Assembly (NCBI GenBank): GCA_964349395.1
Contig: CAYGGA010000004.1
Span: 1 to 59,301, forward strand
Length of the DNA: 59,301 bases
Origin: an uncultured Gammaproteobacteria bacterium
GTDB lineage: Bacteria > Patescibacteriota > Microgenomatia > Woykebacterales > RBG-16-39-9b
Direction: 5' to 3'
The notes beneath the pieces are model-generated. The model did not search any database and had not been told where the DNA came from. It saw only the letters and a program-made list of their open reading frames with translations. The stretch's first letter is position 1. Every line of letters begins with the position of its first letter. Of the stretch, positions 55,280-59,301 are shown in pieces. The position numbers and the translations under genes are program-made.

Positions 55280-58237
55280 GTGGGTATCCTAAAATCCTTT
55301 TTATCCTTACTTTTCTTTTTTATCCTCACTACCCTACTATTTTCCAAACCTACTTTTGCACAGGCCGTTGATTTTGAAGTAAACAATGAATACAAATCTG
55401 GAATAAACTTCACTTTTTTTGTTCCCAAGGATAAAGCTACTCTTGGAGTTCCTTTTAAAGTAGGGACAAAAGGCAGTTATAAAGATTTTCAGTTTATGCT
55501 TCAGCAAGGTCAGTACGTGGGCCGAGGATTTGGCTATCCAGTTTCTACCCCCTATTTTGACCCAGTGACCCTCTACCCAACTCAAGGGTATTTTGACCAC
55601 CTTAAATTAGCAATTCTGCCAACCAAGGTTCCTAGTAGTGGGAACTATCCACAGTCACCTGAGTACCCCTATTGGCAAGATTATGGGCATACCGCGGGGT
55701 CTATAGCAATCTTCTCTAAACCAACACTCTTGGAGCCAGAATTTATAAAAGATAGCACGAGGTTTAAATGGCTACAGTTTAATTCCCCCACTGGAGTAAC
55801 TTTAGATACAGATACTTGGTATTGGCTGATAATGTACTCCGACAATAATCCCGTGGGCACTCAAGAATGGGAGTACACGGGCATGAAATTCAGTGTTGGA
55901 TATTCTAAGGGGGTAGAGGCCACTAATAACTTTGGGGTGGTCAAGGGGTGGCATGACCAAATTAAGTGGCATTATATAAATAATGGTGACTATATTGGGT
56001 TTAGAATTGGGAAGTCATCCCCTCTTCCAGTAGATAAAACTCCAGTAATTATTATTCCTGGAATTGGAGGAAGTGAGTTTAGAGCTGCTCAAGATTTTCA
56101 GTCAACCATAAGGGAATGTGGGGACAGTGGGGCTTCCCCTTACTATTATCTGAAAGATGAGGTTATTTGGGTGAATGAGCTAAAAGCAGCTGATATTGCC
56201 TGTGATGACTATTTTGATGTGCTTAAGTTAAAAATAGATGGAGTCACCCCAGATTATCCTGAAGTAGTTCTAAGTGGAGATATATATTCTGGTACTTATT
56301 CTAAACTGATTAAATTCTTGGTAGACAATGGGTATGAGCAGAATAAGACCCTTTTTGTTTTTCCTTATGACTGGAGAAAAGATGTAGCTTTAACTAGCTC
56401 CCAACTTCAGAATCTAATTACAAGTATTAAAAACCAGACAGGTGCAGCTAAAGTGGATATCATAGCCCACAGCATGGGTGGGCTAGTAGCCAGAAACTAC
56501 ATCAAGGACGCGGATAAAGCATCCAATGTTAGAAAATTAATCACTCTTGGAACACCATATCTAGGCAGTGTCGAATTTCTCAAGGCAATTTTGTATGGGA
56601 AGAGAATTGGACCTGACGAGATCGGAAAGATGTTAGCTGTTCAATCTAGTGAGACTAAAGATATCTTCCAAAACATGACTGGGGGGTTTAACTTAATACC
56701 CAATAAAAAATACTATCAATTTTATGACGGTACTAACTCTAGATATCCAAAGCCCTTTAATGATAAACGAGATATTGACTCCAATAATATTACCGGGGCA
56801 CTGAACTATGATCAGTTAAAGGAATTACTTACAAATAAAAGTTACAATACAAGTTTGTTTACCTCGTCCGAGAGCTTACATCAGTCAATCGGTGATTTTA
56901 ATCAAACCCACGGCATTGCGATCACACAAATCGTAGGGTCTGGGATAAGAACAGCAGGAGAACTCATTGAAGGCTATTGGGTAGACTTTGGTGGTATCAA
57001 GATTAATCGATTTGATGAAAATACAGTTAATGGGGATGAATCTGTACCCCTTTTCAGTGCATCACTAAATGATTCTGAGAGGGGCATAAGTTTATTCAAC
57101 AATGGTGAAATTGCTTACATTAAACATAAGCACGGGGATCTACCAAACTCTAACTTAGCACAGGAATTAATTAAGAATACACTGGAGGGAAACAATAGCC
57201 TACCCGAAGGAATTCAAACTACACCGTTTGCCTTAAACGGACAGCAAGTCTCAGTGCATTCCCCCATCGATATACATGCTTATGATTCCCTTGGAAATCA
57301 CACTGGGCCACTTCCAAATGGAGAATTTGAAACAAACATCCCTGAAAGTTCTTACGACACTTTAGAAGATTCCAAATATATTTGGCTGCCAAAAGGAGAG
57401 TTTACCGTTGAATTTGAAGCAACTGATAATGGCCATTTTGATTTTAAAATCAGAGAATACGTTGATGATATAAATACCGAGACAACTACTTACCAAGAGG
57501 TCCCTATTCAAAAAGAAACTCAAGGGGAGATATTTCTAAATTCTGATTCTACCGAACCACCAGTTTTAGAGCTGGATAAAGAGGGAAATGGCTCCCTTGA
57601 AACACAAGTAGTAGCCAGTAGTGTTTTAAACTCCGAAGAAAACCAAGATCAAACACCTCCAACTACCACTACCCATTTGGCAGGCACCCAGGGTAATAAT
57701 AGCTGGTATAAATCAGATGTTTTAGTTACTTTGGAAGCAAAAGATGAAAATTCAGGGGTTTTAAAAACAGAGTACACTTTAGACAATGGGACCACTACCC
57801 AACTTTACTCCGGACCTTTTTATGTGAGCAAAGAAATTATAAATACTTTGTTTGCGAAATCTACTGACCAAGCTGGGAATCAAGAATCACCATTGAGTCA
57901 ACAAATAAAAATTGATAAAACTAATCCTGTGGTAAAAATCTCTGCCTCTCCAACTACTTTATGGCCTCCCCTACTGCAAAAAGTAAAAGTCAAAGTTTCA
58001 GGTGATGCTACTGATAGTGGTTCTGGGGTATTGGGTAAAGTTTTTGAGGTAGTAGATGAGTATGACAAAGTAGAGCCCAAATTCACTGACTTTGGTCAAA
58101 CTATTAGTTTAGAGAGTTGGAGGAGGATTTTAGATTGGGATGGAAGAATTTATACTATCAAGGTAAAGGTGACTGATTTGGCGGGCCATACTACTGAAGC
58201 CCAAACAGAAGTCCGAGTTCCTTATTTTAGGAAATAG
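55280..58237 (+). CDS. Large secreted alpha/beta-hydrolase (LCAT/PGAP1-like lipase) with C-terminal Ig-like domains
   Basis: Signal peptide; IIIPGIGGS, PYDWR, AHSMGG nucleophile elbow, GTPYLGS, GDESVP; DQTPPTTT...YTLD and IDKTNP Ig-like repeats. Confidence 0.85.
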   Translation: MGILKSFLSLLFFFILTTLLFSKPTFAQAVDFEVNNEYKSGINFTFFVPKDKATLGVPFKVGTKGSYKDFQFMLQQGQYVGRGFGYPVSTPYFDPVTLYPTQGYFDHLKLAILPTKVPSSGNYPQSPEYPYWQDYGHTAGSIAIFSKPTLLEPEFIKDSTRFKWLQFNSPTGVTLDTDTWYWLIMYSDNNPVGTQEWEYTGMKFSVGYSKGVEATNNFGVVKGWHDQIKWHYINNGDYIGFRIGKSSPLPVDKTPVIIIPGIGGSEFRAAQDFQSTIRECGDSGASPYYYLKDEVIWVNELKAADIACDDYFDVLKLKIDGVTPDYPEVVLSGDIYSGTYSKLIKFLVDNGYEQNKTLFVFPYDWRKDVALTSSQLQNLITSIKNQTGAAKVDIIAHSMGGLVARNYIKDADKASNVRKLITLGTPYLGSVEFLKAILYGKRIGPDEIGKMLAVQSSETKDIFQNMTGGFNLIPNKKYYQFYDGTNSRYPKPFNDKRDIDSNNITGALNYDQLKELLTNKSYNTSLFTSSESLHQSIGDFNQTHGIAITQIVGSGIRTAGELIEGYWVDFGGIKINRFDENTVNGDESVPLFSASLNDSERGISLFNNGEIAYIKHKHGDLPNSNLAQELIKNTLEGNNSLPEGIQTTPFALNGQQVSVHSPIDIHAYDSLGNHTGPLPNGEFETNIPESSYDTLEDSKYIWLPKGEFTVEFEATDNGHFDFKIREYVDDINTETTTYQEVPIQKETQGEIFLNSDSTEPPVLELDKEGNGSLETQVVASSVLNSEENQDQTPPTTTTHLAGTQGNNSWYKSDVLVTLEAKDENSGVLKTEYTLDNGTTTQLYSGPFYVSKEIINTLFAKSTDQAGNQESPLSQQIKIDKTNPVVKISASPTTLWPPLLQKVKVKVSGDATDSGSGVLGKVFEVVDEYDKVEPKFTDFGQTISLESWRRILDWDGRIYTIKVKVTDLAGHTTEAQTEVRVPYFRK

Positions 58238-58755
58238 TCATTACTGCTTTTCAGGTATTTTTTTAAAAAACCTTGGGTAAATAGCACCACTTCAAACCAA
58301 AAAACTAAATTAAAAGCGAGTGCGTAGAATTGAATATCCCTCTCATATGAGCAAACGGGTATAGGGATACCAGTAAATAAACAATCTGGACCCCCGAAAC
58401 TCAATGGACCAGGAAAAAATATCATGAATGCAAAAAACACTACGTAAGACATACCAACCCAAATAAGTGGGGTACAAATAAAAGCAAACATTACAAACCC
58501 AAGTTTCTTAGTATGAACTATACTTTTTAAGTGCTTCCAAAAGAAGTATGTAAATAAAAAAACAATAAGTAAATTTAAAAGCGACGACACGAGGAAAACT
58601 GGAGTTGCTAAACAGTTAAATGTAGAATCAGACTCGCAAACCAGGTATGTAGATGTTAAATATTGAAGGGGTCCTTTCTCTGGGAATATAAGTCCAGTAA
58701 GTACCCAAACTCCCACTGAAACAATAATAATAATGCTGAGTTCTTTTTTCTTCAT
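58222..58755 (-). CDS. Hypothetical 4-TM membrane protein with Cys pairs in loops
   Basis: Four hydrophobic helices; 3' end overlaps the lipase gene. Confidence 0.6.
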   Translation of the reverse strand: MKKKELSIIIIVSVGVWVLTGLIFPEKGPLQYLTSTYLVCESDSTFNCLATPVFLVSSLLNLLIVFLFTYFFWKHLKSIVHTKKLGFVMFAFICTPLIWVGMSYVVFFAFMIFFPGPLSFGGPDCLFTGIPIPVCSYERDIQFYALAFNLVFWFEVVLFTQGFLKKYLKSSNDYFLK

Positions 58756-58814
58756 GGCAGATGTTTAAACTATATTTCAAGATAAAGGTTTTGTCCAGAA
58801 AAGAAAAAAGGGGG

Positions 58815-58843
58815 TTGACTGTTGTCAAAAGATTACTTACAGT
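58815..58843 (+). promoter_or_regulatory. Putative sigma70 promoter
   Basis: TTGACT-17 nt-TACAGT upstream of a structured non-coding stretch. Confidence 0.5.
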
Positions 58844-58856
58844 GGTATTAACAAAC

Positions 58857-59156
58857 AATCTATAAATCCAAAATGGGATTATAGATTTAAATTGGCCTCC
58901 ACGTTCTAGCCCGTCTTACCCAGGGCGCAGAAGTTTGCAAAGCAAAGCTTCTACATACGAGAGTTTGATTTATCTAAATCCCCGCAGAATGGGGATTTGT
59001 GTGTTTCGAGGAGGTGATAACTATAAAAGTCCTAAAGAAAACCAGACTACTGCTTTTAGCTAAGCCCAAAAGGAGATTGATCAGGATGAGAAGTAAACTC
59101 TTAAATAGCTGGAGTATCTACCGTCTAGGTAAACGCAGCCTGACTTGATCACCTCT
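58857..59156 (+). ncRNA. Candidate structured RNA (three hairpins plus a ~147-nt rod)
   Basis: Hairpins at 58857-58887, 58929-58952 and 58976-58998; GAGGTGAT (59011) pairs with ATCACCTC (59148), enclosing further stems. Confidence 0.4.
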
Positions 59157-59158
59157 AG

Positions 59159-59229
59159 TGTCATTGCGAACGAAGTGAAGCAATCTCAGAGATCGCCACG
59201 CCTTCGTTGCCCTCAGGCTCGCGAGGACA
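59159..59229. repeat. RPE-like palindromic repeat, family 1, copy 4
   Basis: TGTCATTGCGAACGAAGTGAAGCAATCTC-AGAGATCGCCACG...CTCGCGAGGACA. Confidence 0.8.
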
Positions 59230-59301
59230 TTGACCCACACGCTTTTTCTTGTTAGAATTCCCATCTGTTATGCCAACAACTCACGAAGTAAAAAAATTAG
59301 G

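Noticed and set aside
672-58858. The many 60-150 aa ORFs nested in or antisense to identified genes
   Set aside because: They are shadow frames of well-supported CDSs with no motifs or start signals.
1-59301. Alternative genetic code (TGA read as Gly or Trp)
   Set aside because: Conserved genes are full length under the standard code and TGA terminates genes at ATGA-type overlaps.
1-59301. tRNA or rRNA genes, DGR, retron
   Set aside because: No cloverleaf or rRNA signatures, no reverse transcriptase and no template/variable repeat pair were seen.

Overview
This is a 59.3-kb chromosomal segment with no rRNA, tRNA or CRISPR array. It uses the standard genetic code (TGA is a stop). Gene content suggests a Patescibacteria/CPR organism, probably Microgenomates-like; this is an inference from short housekeeping proteins, cohesin and sortase proteins and an FtsA-like/baseplate-J pair. 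The backbone runs: a glycosyltransferase cluster, tatD-metG, sbcCD, femAB-like, pcrA, trxA, pgk-tpiA, LCP-holA-sortase, cohesin/dockerin-pilO-pilN, rpsT, murJ, lepA, hrcA-grpE-dnaK-dnaJ, nusA-infB-DHH-rpsO-pnp, an ATPase-only Lon, udg, rnj, ftsK, a RodZ-like gene, alaS, ftsA-like/baseplate-J-like/yqgF/mltG, an HD protein and a large secreted lipase-like protein. The unusual signal is mostly between and inside these genes. (1) Three islands of small orphan ORFs (10.4-11.5, 27.5-28.3, 32.9-33.9 kb) are punctuated by hairpins. In two of them the hairpins share a GCCTC(A/G)G...TG(A/G)GGC core. At 33 kb two ~100-bp TG...CA palindromic elements bracket a foreign-looking cargo that includes a probable truncated HTH gene. 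(2) An RPE-like palindromic repeat family has four intergenic copies and one split copy in frame inside nusA. (3) A second 93-bp repeat shows compensatory base changes between its two copies. (4) A free-standing HTH-LAGLIDADG gene overlaps the lepA start. (5) dnaJ has a duplicated, out-of-frame 5' end. (6) Several structured-RNA candidates are present. All protein calls come from motif recognition by eye, not database searches.
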